The notes under the pieces were generated by a model that was not told the DNA's origin, did not search any database, and saw only the letters and a program-made list of their open reading frames with translations. DNA of 64,000 nucleotides from Leidyana gryllorum EB-2025a (taxonomy: Eukaryota; Protista; Apicomplexa). The translations under genes and the position numbers were made by a program. The stretch spans positions 1 to 64,000 of the forward strand of contig JBLWGC010000216.1 in assembly GCA_048772705.1 (NCBI GenBank). Reading direction: 5' to 3'. Position 1 is the first letter of the stretch. Every line of letters starts with the position of its first letter. Positions 1-10,900 of this stretch are shown in pieces.

Positions 1-136
1 CGTTTCTGGGTTATTAGCGTCGAGCATCGTGGTCTAGCTTCTGTCTTTTGCAAAACAATAAACTACCGCTACGGGTGTTACGTCTCTAGGGAGACGTTGT
101 GTCTCTAGGAAGTTGTTACTTTCCTTTCACCTCTCA
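1..136 (-). repeat. 3' LTR (partial; about 35 bp lie outside the window)
   Basis: Exact match to 4807-4942, and it begins right after the PPT. Confidence 0.92.
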
Positions 137-146
137 CGCCCCCTCT
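137..146 (-). promoter_or_regulatory. Polypurine tract
   Basis: AGAGGGGGCG lies immediately 5' of the 3' LTR TG and overlaps the ORF stop codon. Confidence 0.85.
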
Positions 147-3100
147 AAAGAGCAACTTCCTGGGTGCCGGGATCTCTCACTTGGAGACATAGGCGGTAAG
201 CAGTGGCACTAGCACGGCTGGCCACTCGGCGTCTCTTCCGAGACCTTGACTTCGGGGCTGGCCGTAGGTCAGTTCCCCGAGCGTGTAGTGTTGCCGTCAG
301 CACATCCTCGGCCTTGGCGAGCGGCTTGGCGCGTAGGTCGGCGAGCTCGTCTAGCTCGGCGAGTTGGAGCATCTCCGGCGCTTGCGGTGCAGCCAAGCGG
401 AGCAGCTCCCCGACGGACACCGTTCTCTCTTCCTGCGGATCTCGGCAGGATTTAATGGTGGCGCCCGTGCCTGACTCGCTCACCGCGATGACCTCATAAG
501 GTAAGCTGAAGGTCGGGGTGAAGCGGCTCGCGCCGTAGTGGCGAGTCAGTGCAGCGCGCTCACCTTCGCTGAGGCGGACGACGACGGTGTCTCCGACCTC
601 AGGGAGGTAGCGTACGGCTGGGCGGCGAGCGTCGGCTGCTTTTGCCGAGAGTTGCACGGCGTGCTGCCTCGCCAGTTCCAGAAGTTGGAGACGGTCTCCC
701 GTGTCCAGTGTAGGCTGGAGGGCGTCTAACTCTTGGCTCGTCGGGGTGCCCATGGGTAGCCCCGAGAGCATGAAGAAGGGGGACTCACCCAATGCGGGGT
801 GATGCGTGGCTCGATAGGCGTACATTACTGTGGCCACTGCGGTTGGTAAGGGGAGGCTGGACTGGGCCACGAGCGCGTTGAGTCCACGGTTCAGGAACTG
901 GTGAAAGGCCTCGCATACTGCGTTCCCTTGCTTGTGGGCTTTCCAGGTGTACATGACCTGGATGCCATGGCGCCTCGCGTCTTCCTGGAACGACTCGGCC
1001 CTAAAGGCCGTGCCGTTATCACAAATGAGCCTCGTTGGGGCTCCGTACCGGCAGATCCAATCCTCGTAGAGGACTCGCCAGGCAGTCTTGGCCGTTACGT
1101 CCGGGACTGCTATGGCCTCGGCCACTCGTAGGCAATGGTCAATCATCGTTTGGATGTAGTAGACCTTACCACCCCAGGGGAAACTTCCTACGTGGTCAAT
1201 GGCCACCGTGTCGAACGGGCGTGGAGTCACGTGGTCTCCGGGGCCAGCGGTGTTTACGATTGCTCGACGGCGCGCGCAGATTTGGCATTGCCGCACCATC
1301 TCGGTTACGTCCGCTCGTAAGTTTGGCCAATAGAAGCGCCTCGCGATGGCTGCGGCTGTTCGCCTGATCCCTTGGTGGGCGCCAACAGTACCACAGTGGT
1401 GGTAGAGAACGATTTGAGAACGGAGTGCGGCTGGCACATAGGCTCGCATGGACTCCGTCCACCAGACTCCGCCCCTATGGGTGCAGCGGAAGGCGGTCGG
1501 CTCGCTCTCTGCGGCCGTCGCTGCTTTAAACTCTTCCAGCGTTGGCAGTGTGAAGCCAGTGTACGCTGGTTGAACCGAAATCTCGAGTCGGTTCAGGAGT
1601 GCGGTCAACGATATGCGGTCATCGATGACGGCATCCATCGGTTGGTCGTTGTCGATCCGGCTTAGGTGATCGACGTGACCCTGCAAAATCCCTTTACGGT
1701 AGTGGATCTCGAAGTCATACTCGCTCAGAGCGAGCGCCCATCGGGCGATCCGGCGGTTGGAGGCTGTCCAGAGCCACTTCAACCCCTCGTGGTCCGTACG
1801 GACTGTGAACGGTCGGTACCTCAGGTACTCGGCGTACTTCGCGATGGCACAGACGATGATGAAAGCTTCCAGTTCGCGGATAGGCCACTTCCTCTCCGCT
1901 TCCGACCATCGACGGGAGTAATAGGCGATTGGCCGGGGCTCTCCGTCGTCTCCGGGCTGCAGCAAGATGGCACCTCCTCCGATCTCACTAGCGTCGGTGT
2001 CGAGGATGAACTCCTTATCCGGATCGGGGTACGCTAAGAGGACGTCCTGCGCAAGTGCCTCTTGCAGTGCGCGGTAGGCCGCGACGGTCTCTTCCGTCTC
2101 ATCGATCGGCCCGTCTGCGCCCCCTTTGAACAGGTCGTACAGAGCACTCGAGATCTCGCCGAATTGGGGGATGAAGGTCCTGAAGTAGGATGCTAGCCCT
2201 AAGAACGAGCGAAGTTCCGACATCGTTCTGGGGAAGGGCGTCTCCATAACCGCCTTGACCTTGGCCGGGTTTGGCCGGATCCCATTCTCATTCACGACGT
2301 GCCCCAAGTACAGGATCTCCTTCTGGAGGGCCGATGACTTCTTGATGTTTAGGTACAGTTTCGCGTCAGTCAACCGTTTCAGGACCTCGTTGAGGGTCCG
2401 GTTGTGCTCATCGACGCTTCGCGAGTAGATGACGATATCATCCAAGTAAACTAGGACACCGTTCCCTAGTAGGGGTCCTAGCACTCTGTGCATGACTCGT
2501 TGGAAAGTGGCAGGCGCGTTCCGTAAGCCAAAAGGCATCGCCGTACAGGCGTACAGTCCTCGCGGGGTTACTATCGTCGTCTTCATCACGTCCTCCTCCG
2601 CCACCCTGATCTGATGGTACCCAGACTTCAGATCAAGAGATGTGAAGACGGCTGCTCCTCGCAGGGACCAGACCAAGTGTTGGATGTGGGGGAGCGGGAA
2701 CCTGTCCGGTACCGTGACTTTATTCAACTTGCGATAGTCAACGCAGATGCGTAGTTCGCCTGTCTTCTTGGGGACGATGACTACGGGCGAGGACCAGGGA
2801 GACCCTTCCACTGGTACCAGTGCTCCAACCTTCACGAGGTCGCCGAACTGGCGGTCCACTTCGGCCTCGGCGTCTGGGTGTAGGGGCCTGGCGCGCTGGA
2901 AGACAGGGCGTGCTCCAGGGGTGATCTCAATGCGGTGAGTCTCTATGTCGCACTTGGCGATGTGGGTCTTCGCCCAGCACGCCTCGTTCCGCTGGAAGAT
3001 CTCCAGTACGTCTCTCTTGGCCTCTGGACCAAAGACATCTGACGTGATTGCCATCACGTCCTCGAGGGTCCGGTGGTCGATGGCTTGCTGAAGCTCAACG

Positions 3101-4833
3101 AGGTTCAGCTCATAGGTTCCGCCCGGTGCCTCGAGTGGCACGGTTTCCCCTCCTATCTCCAGTGTTCGTGTTGCGTAGTCTAATCGACTGGCGGTGCCCA
3201 GTAGGTATGTACGGCCGAGTAAGTCGCTGCCGACCGCCTCGTCTGGCACCACTAGACAGCGCTCCAGTGCTGTGGTTGTGCCCACGGTTATCGGGATGGT
3301 CACCTCTCCCAAGATCTGTACTGCTCCTCCTACGCCCTTCGCCCCGAGCTGGCTGGCTCCCACTGTATCCGGCTGGGTCCCATGCTTCATCGCGTTCTGG
3401 AGTGTACTGCGCCTCAGGACTGTCACGTCCGCCCCAGGGTCCACCGTCATCACTATCGGAATATGACCAACGAGAGCTTTCACGCTGCCGAAGCTCTGCG
3501 AGAATGCGATCGTTTCGGCTGGGCTCATGGCCTGCGGCTGGCATTGTACACGACCCACGTGGGCCTGAGTCGCGGTGGGGGTCTCACCGGTGGGTTGCCG
3601 CTGCTGTTCCGTCGGGGGCGTCATGTCTTCGTCCACCTGGGTGGGCTCTGTAGTGTTTCCGGTCGCAGCCTGCTGGGAGGCGTTCCGGATGGCGTCTCTC
3701 TTGTCTCTCTGCCTGTCCCGGTTCTTCTGGTTCTTCATCGCCTCCTGCTGCTGCCGCTCTCGGAAGTAACCACCTAGCCTGCCCAGCGCCTCTTCGAGCG
3801 ACTTGGGCTGCTTTACTACGATGTGAACGGCAGTCTTCCTTTGGTGGAGGACCATCTGCGACCCTAACTGGATCTCCTTGACTTCGCAGTCCTGCTCACG
3901 GTGTCCCTTCGTGCCACACTTTGGGCAGGGGAGGCGACACCGAGTCTCCGTGTGTCCGGCTTGCTGACACCGGTAGCAAATGATTGGGGGCTTTGCTGTG
4001 CCCGTAGTGCCTATTGGGGCTGACTCGCCCGCTACGTGGTACAGACGTGGCCAGGAGGAGATAGTCTCTTCCTCACTGGACTCAGAGTCTGACGTATATC
4101 GAGCGTTGAGGCTTCGTAGTGCCGCTACGACCTCAGCCAACGTCTCGGGACGGGGGTGGAGCCCGTGTAACTTCGCGTTTAAGGCCGGCGGGGCCATGCG
4201 GACTAGGGTCGCCACCCAGTCCGTTTCTCGACGCCGCTTCCGCGGGTCCCAACGCTTACTCAACCTGTCGTGAGTCTTACGTAATGCCTTGAAGGTTCGG
4301 AGGGCCTCATTCAGTGTCTGGCACGGTGGTGGCCGCTGCGCTAGCTTCCGAATTTGACGGAACCAGTCTCCTCCCTCGAAGTGTTCGCGCACCAGCGCGT
4401 CGCAGAAAGCTGTTGCAGTCTCCGCCTGTATGTTCGAGGAGCTCAGAGTCTCTCCCAGAGACCCGCACGCTGTTGCCCTGATGAGCAAGGGGAGTGCTCG
4501 GTCTGGGTATCCACGCGCTGCCAGCGCTATGGCCCAGTTGTGGCATTGATCGTCAAATTCCTGTTCGGACGCGGGGTCGAAGGTCTGCTTGACCCTCAGT
4601 TGCTGGAACATCCGCGCAACCATGTCTGCGTCTCGTCTTCCTAGTGCAGGGCGACCCCTGTCATCTTCGTCTATGGACTCGTAACCACTGTCCTCACTGT
4701 CAGAGGGCCCCGGACCCCACGGATCCCAGGTGGGTACACTTACTCGCTGTTTCCCGGCAGATGCACCACTTTGAGTGGTTCTGGGAGTGCGAGGGCTTAA
4801 ATGATACGTTTCTGGGTTATTAGCGTCGAGCAT
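145..4833 (-). CDS. Gag-Pol polyprotein, single ORF (1562 aa from the first ATG)
   Basis: CCHC knuckles (CYRCQQAGHTETRC, CPKCGTKGHREQDC), protease DPGA, RT (LRICVDYRKLN, YLDD), RNase H (DTDAS...ELE...DH), integrase HHCC + DDE and a GPY/F-like region. Confidence 0.96.
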   Translation of the reverse strand: MLDANNPETYHLSPRTPRTTQSGASAGKQRVSVPTWDPWGPGPSDSEDSGYESIDEDDRGRPALGRRDADMVARMFQQLRVKQTFDPASEQEFDDQCHNWAIALAARGYPDRALPLLIRATACGSLGETLSSSNIQAETATAFCDALVREHFEGGDWFRQIRKLAQRPPPCQTLNEALRTFKALRKTHDRLSKRWDPRKRRRETDWVATLVRMAPPALNAKLHGLHPRPETLAEVVAALRSLNARYTSDSESSEEETISSWPRLYHVAGESAPIGTTGTAKPPIICYRCQQAGHTETRCRLPCPKCGTKGHREQDCEVKEIQLGSQMVLHQRKTAVHIVVKQPKSLEEALGRLGGYFRERQQQEAMKNQKNRDRQRDKRDAIRNASQQAATGNTTEPTQVDEDMTPPTEQQRQPTGETPTATQAHVGRVQCQPQAMSPAETIAFSQSFGSVKALVGHIPIVMTVDPGADVTVLRRSTLQNAMKHGTQPDTVGASQLGAKGVGGAVQILGEVTIPITVGTTTALERCLVVPDEAVGSDLLGRTYLLGTASRLDYATRTLEIGGETVPLEAPGGTYELNLVELQQAIDHRTLEDVMAITSDVFGPEAKRDVLEIFQRNEACWAKTHIAKCDIETHRIEITPGARPVFQRARPLHPDAEAEVDRQFGDLVKVGALVPVEGSPWSSPVVIVPKKTGELRICVDYRKLNKVTVPDRFPLPHIQHLVWSLRGAAVFTSLDLKSGYHQIRVAEEDVMKTTIVTPRGLYACTAMPFGLRNAPATFQRVMHRVLGPLLGNGVLVYLDDIVIYSRSVDEHNRTLNEVLKRLTDAKLYLNIKKSSALQKEILYLGHVVNENGIRPNPAKVKAVMETPFPRTMSELRSFLGLASYFRTFIPQFGEISSALYDLFKGGADGPIDETEETVAAYRALQEALAQDVLLAYPDPDKEFILDTDASEIGGGAILLQPGDDGEPRPIAYYSRRWSEAERKWPIRELEAFIIVCAIAKYAEYLRYRPFTVRTDHEGLKWLWTASNRRIARWALALSEYDFEIHYRKGILQGHVDHLSRIDNDQPMDAVIDDRISLTALLNRLEISVQPAYTGFTLPTLEEFKAATAAESEPTAFRCTHRGGVWWTESMRAYVPAALRSQIVLYHHCGTVGAHQGIRRTAAAIARRFYWPNLRADVTEMVRQCQICARRRAIVNTAGPGDHVTPRPFDTVAIDHVGSFPWGGKVYYIQTMIDHCLRVAEAIAVPDVTAKTAWRVLYEDWICRYGAPTRLICDNGTAFRAESFQEDARRHGIQVMYTWKAHKQGNAVCEAFHQFLNRGLNALVAQSSLPLPTAVATVMYAYRATHHPALGESPFFMLSGLPMGTPTSQELDALQPTLDTGDRLQLLELARQHAVQLSAKAADARRPAVRYLPEVGDTVVVRLSEGERAALTRHYGASRFTPTFSLPYEVIAVSESGTGATIKSCRDPQEERTVSVGELLRLAAPQAPEMLQLAELDELADLRAKPLAKAEDVLTATLHARGTDLRPAPKSRSRKRRRVASRASATAYRLCLQVRDPGTQEVAL
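4751..4768 (-). promoter_or_regulatory. Primer-binding site, tRNA-Gly
   Basis: Minus strand reads TGGTGCATCTGCCGGGAA. Its complement TTCCCGGCAGATGCACCA has the form of a tRNA-Gly(GCC) 3' end (T-arm TTCCCGG, acceptor ...TGCA, CCA). Confidence 0.85.
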
Positions 4834-4942
4834 CGTGGTCTAGCTTCTGTCTTTTGCAAAACAATAAACTACCGCTACGGGTGTTACGTCTCTAGGGAGA
4901 CGTTGTGTCTCTAGGAAGTTGTTACTTTCCTTTCACCTCTCA
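4772..4942 (-). repeat. 5' LTR (171 bp, TGAG...CTCA)
   Basis: On the minus strand it starts TGAGAG and ends CACTCA, 3 nt before the PBS. It is identical to the visible part of the other LTR. Confidence 0.92.
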
Positions 4943-7900
4943 CTCACCTATAGTGTCACTAAGAGTACTTTACCCGTCCATCGCAACCTGAAAACACATC
5001 GTCGGCGTCGAGTCAAGCCTCGTCCGCCCTCTCAGAAAGTCTCAGATGGGAGACACTGGACTTAGTTCAGTCCTCCCGAGGGCATCACATCACCGGAAGT
5101 GCAAAGGCTGCTCCGCCCTCTGCACGCCTCTTATTGATCAGACGGTTGCAATCCGCAGGTAAGTTGATTTTTGTAGCCAGTGCAAAGGGAGGTACCCGCC
5201 GTCTCGTCTCCGCCGACTCGCTGCCGTCTCCGTCGTCGGGTGCCTCGAGAGTTCTCAGCCTACTGAGCCATTCGATGTGCCAATCTCACCTACAGTGTCA
5301 CTAAGAGTACTTTACCCGTCCATCGCAACCTGAAAACACATCGTCGGCGTCGAGTCAAGCCTCGTCCGCCCTCTCAGAAAGTCTCAGATGGGAGACACTG
5401 AACTTAGTTCAGTCCTCCCGAGGGCCTCACATCACCGGAAGTGCAAAGGCTGCTCCGCCCTCTGCACGCCTCTTATTGATCAGACGGTTGCAATCCGCAG
5501 GTAAGTTGATTTTTGTAGATAGTGAACAGGGAGGTACCCGCCGTCTCGTCTCCGCCGACTCGCTACCGTCTCCGTCGTCGGGTGCCTCGAGAGTTCTCAG
5601 CCTACTGAACCATTTGATGTGCCAATCTCACCTATAGTGTCACTAAGAGTACCGTACCCGTCAATCGCAGCCTGAAAACACATTGTCGGCGTCGAGTCAA
5701 GCCTCGTCCGCCCTCTCAGAAAGTCTCAGATGGGAGACACTGAACTTAGTTCAGTCCTCCCGAGGGCATCACATCACCGGAAGTGCAAAGGCTGCTCCGC
5801 CCTCTGCACGCCTCTTATTGATCAGACGGTTGCAATCCGCAGGTAAGTTGATTTTTGTAGCCAGTGCAAAGGGAGGTACCCGCCGTCTCGTCTCCGCCGA
5901 CTCGCTGCCGTCTCCGTCGTCGGGTGCCTCGAGAGTTCTCAGCCTACTGAGCCATTCGATGTGCCAATCTCACCTACAGTGTCACTAAGAGTACTTTACC
6001 CGTCCATCGCAACCTGAAAACACATCGTCGGCGTCGAGTCAAGCCTCGTCCGCCCTCTCAGAAAGTCTCAGATGGGAGACACTGAACTTAGTTCAGTCCT
6101 CCCGAGGGCCTCACATCACCGGAAGTGCAAAGGCTGCTCCGCCCTCTGCACGCCTCTTATTGATCAGACGGTTGCAATCCGCAGGTAAGTTGATTTTTGC
6201 AGATAGTGAACAGGGAGGTACCCGCCGTCTCGTCTCCGCCGACTCGCTACCGTCTCCGTCGTCGGGTGCCTCGAGAGTTCTCAGCCTACTGAACCATTTG
6301 ATGTGCCAATCTCACCTATAGTGTCACTAAGAGTACCGTACCCGTCAATCGCAGCCTGAAAACACATTGTCGGCGTCGAGTCAAGCCTCGTCCGCCCTCT
6401 CAGAAAGTCTCAGATGGGAGACACTGAACTTAGTTCAGTCCTCCCGAGGGCCTCACATCACCGGAAGTGCAAAGGCTGCTCCGCCCTCTGCACGCCTCTT
6501 ATTGATCAGACGGTTGCAATCCGCAGGTAAGTGGATTTTTGTAGATAGTGAACAGGGAGGTACCCGCCGTCTCGTCTCCGCCGACTCGCTGCCGTCTCCG
6601 TCGTCGGGTGCCTCGAGAGTTCTCAGCCTACTGAGCCATTCGATGTGCCAATCTCACCTACAGTGTCACTAAGAGTACTTTACCCGTCCATCGCAACCTG
6701 AAAACACATTGTCGGCGTCGAGTCAAGCCTCGTCCGCCCTCTCAGAAAGTCTCAGATGGGAGACACTGGACTTAGTTCAGTCCTCCCGAGGGCCTCACAT
6801 CACCGGAAGTGCAAAGGCTGCTCCGCCCTCTGCACGCCTCTTATTGATCAGACGGTTGCAATCCGCAGGTAAGTTGATTTTTGCAGATAGTGAACAGGGA
6901 GGTACCCGCCGTCTCGTCTCCGCCGACTCGCTACCGTCTCCGTCGTCGGGTGCCTCGAGAGTTCTCAGCCTACTGAGCCATTCGATGTGCCAATCTCACC
7001 TATAGTGTCACTAAGAGTACCGTACCCGTCAATCGCAGCCTGAAAACACATTGTCGGCGTCGAGTCAAGCCTCGTCCGCCCTCTCAGAAAGTCTCAGATG
7101 GGAGACACTGGACTTAGTTCAGTCCTCCCGAGGGCCTCACATCACCGGAAGTGCAAAGGCTGCTCCGCCCTCTGCACGCCTCTTATTGATCAGACGGTTG
7201 CAATCCGCAGGTAAGTGGATTTTTGTAGATAGTGAACAGGGAGGTACCCGCCGTCTCGTCTCCGCCGACTCGCTGCCGTCTCCGTCGTCGGGTGCCTCGA
7301 GAGTTCTCAGCCTACTGAGCCATTCGATGTGCCAATCTCACCTACAGTGTCACTAAGAGTACTTTACCCGTCCATCGCAACCTGAAAACACATCGTCGGC
7401 GTCGAGTCAAGCCTCGTCCGCCCTCTCAGAAAGTCTCAGATGGGAGACACTGAACTTAGTTCAGTCCTCCCGAGGGCCTCACATCACCGGAAGTGCAAAG
7501 GCTGCTCCGCCCTCTGCACGCCTCTTATTGATCAGACGGTTGCAATCCGCAGGTAAGTTGATTTTTGTAGCCAGTGCAAAGGGAGGTACCCGCCGTCTCG
7601 TCTCCGCCGACTCGCTGCCGTCTCCGTCGTCGGGTGCCTCGAGAGTTCTCAGCCTACTGAACCATTCGATGTGCCAATCTCACCTACAGTGTCACTAAGA
7701 GTACTTTACCCGTCCATCGCAACCTGAAAACACATTGTCGGCGTCGAGTCAAGCCTCGTCCGCCCTCTCAGAAAGTCTCAGATGGGAGACACTGGACTTA
7801 GTTCAGTCCTCCCGAGGGCCTCACATCACCGGAAGTGCAAAGGCTGCTCCGCCCTCTGCACGCCTCTTATTGATCAGACGGTTGCAATCCGCAGGTAAGT

Positions 7901-10900
7901 TGATTTTTGCAGATAGTGAACAGGGAGGTACCCGCCGTCTCGTCTCCGCCGACTCGCTACCGTCTCCGTCGTCGGGTGCCTCGAGAGTTCTCAGCCTACT
8001 GAACCATTTGATGTGCCAATCTCACCTATAGTGTCACTAAGAGTACCGTACCCGTCAATCGCAGCCTGAAAACACATTGTCGGCGTCGAGTCAAGCCTCG
8101 TCCGCCCTCTCAGAAAGTCTCAGATGGGAGACACTGAACTTAGTTCAGTCCTCCCGAGGGCCTCACATCACCGGAAGTGCAAAGGCTGCTCCGCCCTCTG
8201 CACGCCTCTTATTGATCAGACGGTTGCAATCCGCAGGTAAGTTGATTTTTGTAGATAGTGAACAGGGAGGTACCCGCCGTCTCGTCTCCGCCGACTCGCT
8301 GCCGTCTCCGTCGTCGGGTGCCTCGAGAGTTCTCAGCCTACTGAGCCATTCGATGTGCCAATCTCACCTACAGTGTCACTAAGAGTACTTTACCCGTCCA
8401 TCGCAACCTGAAAACACATCGTCGGCGTCGAGTCAAGCCTCGTCCGCCCTCTCAGAAAGTCTCAGATGGGAGACACTGGACTTAGTTCAGTCCTCCCGAG
8501 GGCCTCACATCACCGGAAGTGCAAAGGCTGCTCCGCCCTCTGCACGCCTCTTATTGATCAGACGGTTGCAATCCGCAGGTAAGTTGATTTTTGCAGATAG
8601 TGAACAGGGAGGTACCCGCCGTCTCGTCTCCGCCGACTCGCTACCGTCTCCGTCGTCGGGTGCCTCGAGAGTTCTCAGCCTACTGAACCATTTGATGTGC
8701 CAATCTCACCTATAGTGTCACTAAGAGTACCGTACCCGTCAATCGCAGCCTGAAAACACATTGTCGGCGTCGAGTCAAGCCTCGTCCGCCCTCTCAGAAA
8801 GTCTCAGATGGGAGACACTGAACTTAGTTCAGTCCTCCCGAGGGCCTCACATCACCGGAAGTGCAAAGGCTGCTCCGCCCTCTGCACGCCTCTTATTGAT
8901 CAGACGGTTGCAATCCGCAGGTAAGTTGATTTTTGTAGATAGTGAACAGGGAGGTACCCGCCGTCTCGTCTCCGCCGACTCGCTGCCGTCTCCGTCGTCG
9001 GGTGCCTCGAGAGTTCTCAGCCTACTGAGCCATTCGATGTGCCAATCTCACCTACAGTGTCACTAAGAGTACTTTACCCGTCCATCGCAACCTGAAAACA
9101 CATCGTCGGCGTCGAGTCAAGCCTCGTCCGCCCTCTCAGAAAGTTCTCAGATGGGAGACACTGAACTTAGTTCAGTCCTCCCGAGGGCCTCACATCACCG
9201 GAAGTGCAAAGGCTGCTCCGCCCTCTGCACGCCTCTCATTGATCAGACGGTTGCAATCCGCAGGTAAGTTGATTTTTGTAGATAGTGAACAGGGAGGTAC
9301 CCGCCGTCTCGTCTCCGCCGACTCGCTGCCGTCTCCGTCGTCGGGTGCCTCGAGAGTTCTCAGCCTACTGAACCATTCGATGTGCCAATCTCACCTACAG
9401 TGTCACTAAGAGTACTTTACCCGTCCATCGCAACCTGAAAACACATCGTCGGCGTCGAGTCAAGCCTCGTCCGCCCTCTCAGAAAGTCTCAGATGGGAGA
9501 CACTGGACTTAGTTCAGTCCTCCCGAGGGCATCACATCACCGGAAGTGCAAAGGCTGCTCCGCCCTCTGCACGCCTCTTATTGATCAGACGGTTGCAATC
9601 CGCAGGTAAGTTGATTTTTGTAGCCAGTGCAAAGGGAGGTACCCGCCGTCTCGTCTCCGCCGACTCGCTGCCGTCTCGTCTCCGCCGACTCGCTGCCGTC
9701 TCCGTCGTCGGGTGCCTCGAGAGTTCTCAGCCTACTGAGCCATTCGATGTGCCAATCTCACCTACAGTGTCACTAAGAGTACTTTACCCGTCCATCGCAA
9801 CCTGAAAACACATCGTCGGCGTCGAGTCAAGCCTCGTCCGCCCTCTCAGAAAGTCTCAGATGGGAGACACTGAACTTAGTTCAGTCCTCCCGAGGGCCTC
9901 ACATCACCGGAAGTGCAAAGGCTGCTCCGCCCTCTGCACGCCTCTTATTGATCAGACGGTTGCAATCCGCAGGTAAGTTGATTTTTGTAGATAGTGAACA
10001 GGGAGGTACCCGCCGTCTCGTCTCCGCCGACTCACTGCCGTCTCCGTCGTCGGGTGCCTCGAGAGTTCTCAGCCTACTGAACCATTCGATGTGCCAATCT
10101 CACCTACAGTGTCACTAAGAGTACTTTACCCGTCCATCGCAACCTGAAAACACATTGTCGGCGTCGAGTCAAGCCTCGTCCGCCCTCTCAGAAAGTCTCA
10201 GATGGGAGACACTGGACTTAGTTCAGTCCTCCCGAGGGCCTCACATCACCGGAAGTGCAAAGGCTGCTCCGCCCTCTGCACGCCTCTTATTGATCAGACG
10301 GTTGCAATCCGCAGGTAAGTTGATTTTTGCAGATAGTGAACAGGGAGGTACCCGCCGTCTCGTCTCCGCCGACTCGCTGCCGTCTCCGTCGTCGGGTGCC
10401 TCGAGAGTTCTCAGCCTACTGAGCCATTCGATGTGCCAATCTCACCTACAGTGTCACTAAGAGTACTTTACCCGTCCATCGCAACCTGAAAACACATCGT
10501 CGGCGTCGAGTCAAGCCTCGTCCGCCCTCTCAGAAAGTCTCAGATGGGAGACACTGGACTTAGTTCAGTCCTCCCGAGGGCATCACATCACCGGAAGTGC
10601 AAAGGCTGCTCCGCCCTCTGCACGCCTCTTATTGATCAGACGGTTGCAATCCGCAGGTAAGTTGATTTTTGTAGCCAGTGCAAAGGGAGGTACCCGCCGT
10701 CTCGTCTCCGCCGACTCGCTGCCGTCTCCGTCGTCGGGTGCCTCGAGAGTTCTCAGCCTACTGAGCCATTCGATGTGCCAATCTCACCTACAGTGTCACT
10801 AAGAGTACTTTACCCGTCCATCGCAACCTGAAAACACATCGTCGGCGTCGAGTCAAGCCTCGTCCGCCCTCTCAGAAAGTCTCAGATGGGAGACACTGAA

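Larger units (their letters stand above)
1..4942 (-). mobile_element. Ty3/gypsy LTR retrotransposon, intact, 3' LTR cut by the window edge
   Basis: Bases 1-136 are identical to 4807-4942 (direct repeat). There is a PBS next to the 5' LTR, a PPT next to the 3' LTR and an uninterrupted gag-PR-RT-RH-IN ORF in gypsy order. Confidence 0.97.

Noticed and set aside
4948-4963. SP6-promoter-like sequence (CTATAGTGTCACTAAG) suggesting vector contamination
   Set aside because: It is an imperfect match, an integral part of every unit, and most units read CTACAG. Coincidence.
5140-5180. Spliced-leader RNA array on the plus strand (GCAG|GTAAGT followed by Sm-like GATTTTTG)
   Set aside because: The donor-like motif is simply the complement of the U1 5' end. 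The U1-70K and U1A loops, cloverleaf and covariation all fit the minus strand, and conservation in the singleton stops at the U1 boundaries. No room is left for an SL intron hairpin before the putative Sm site.
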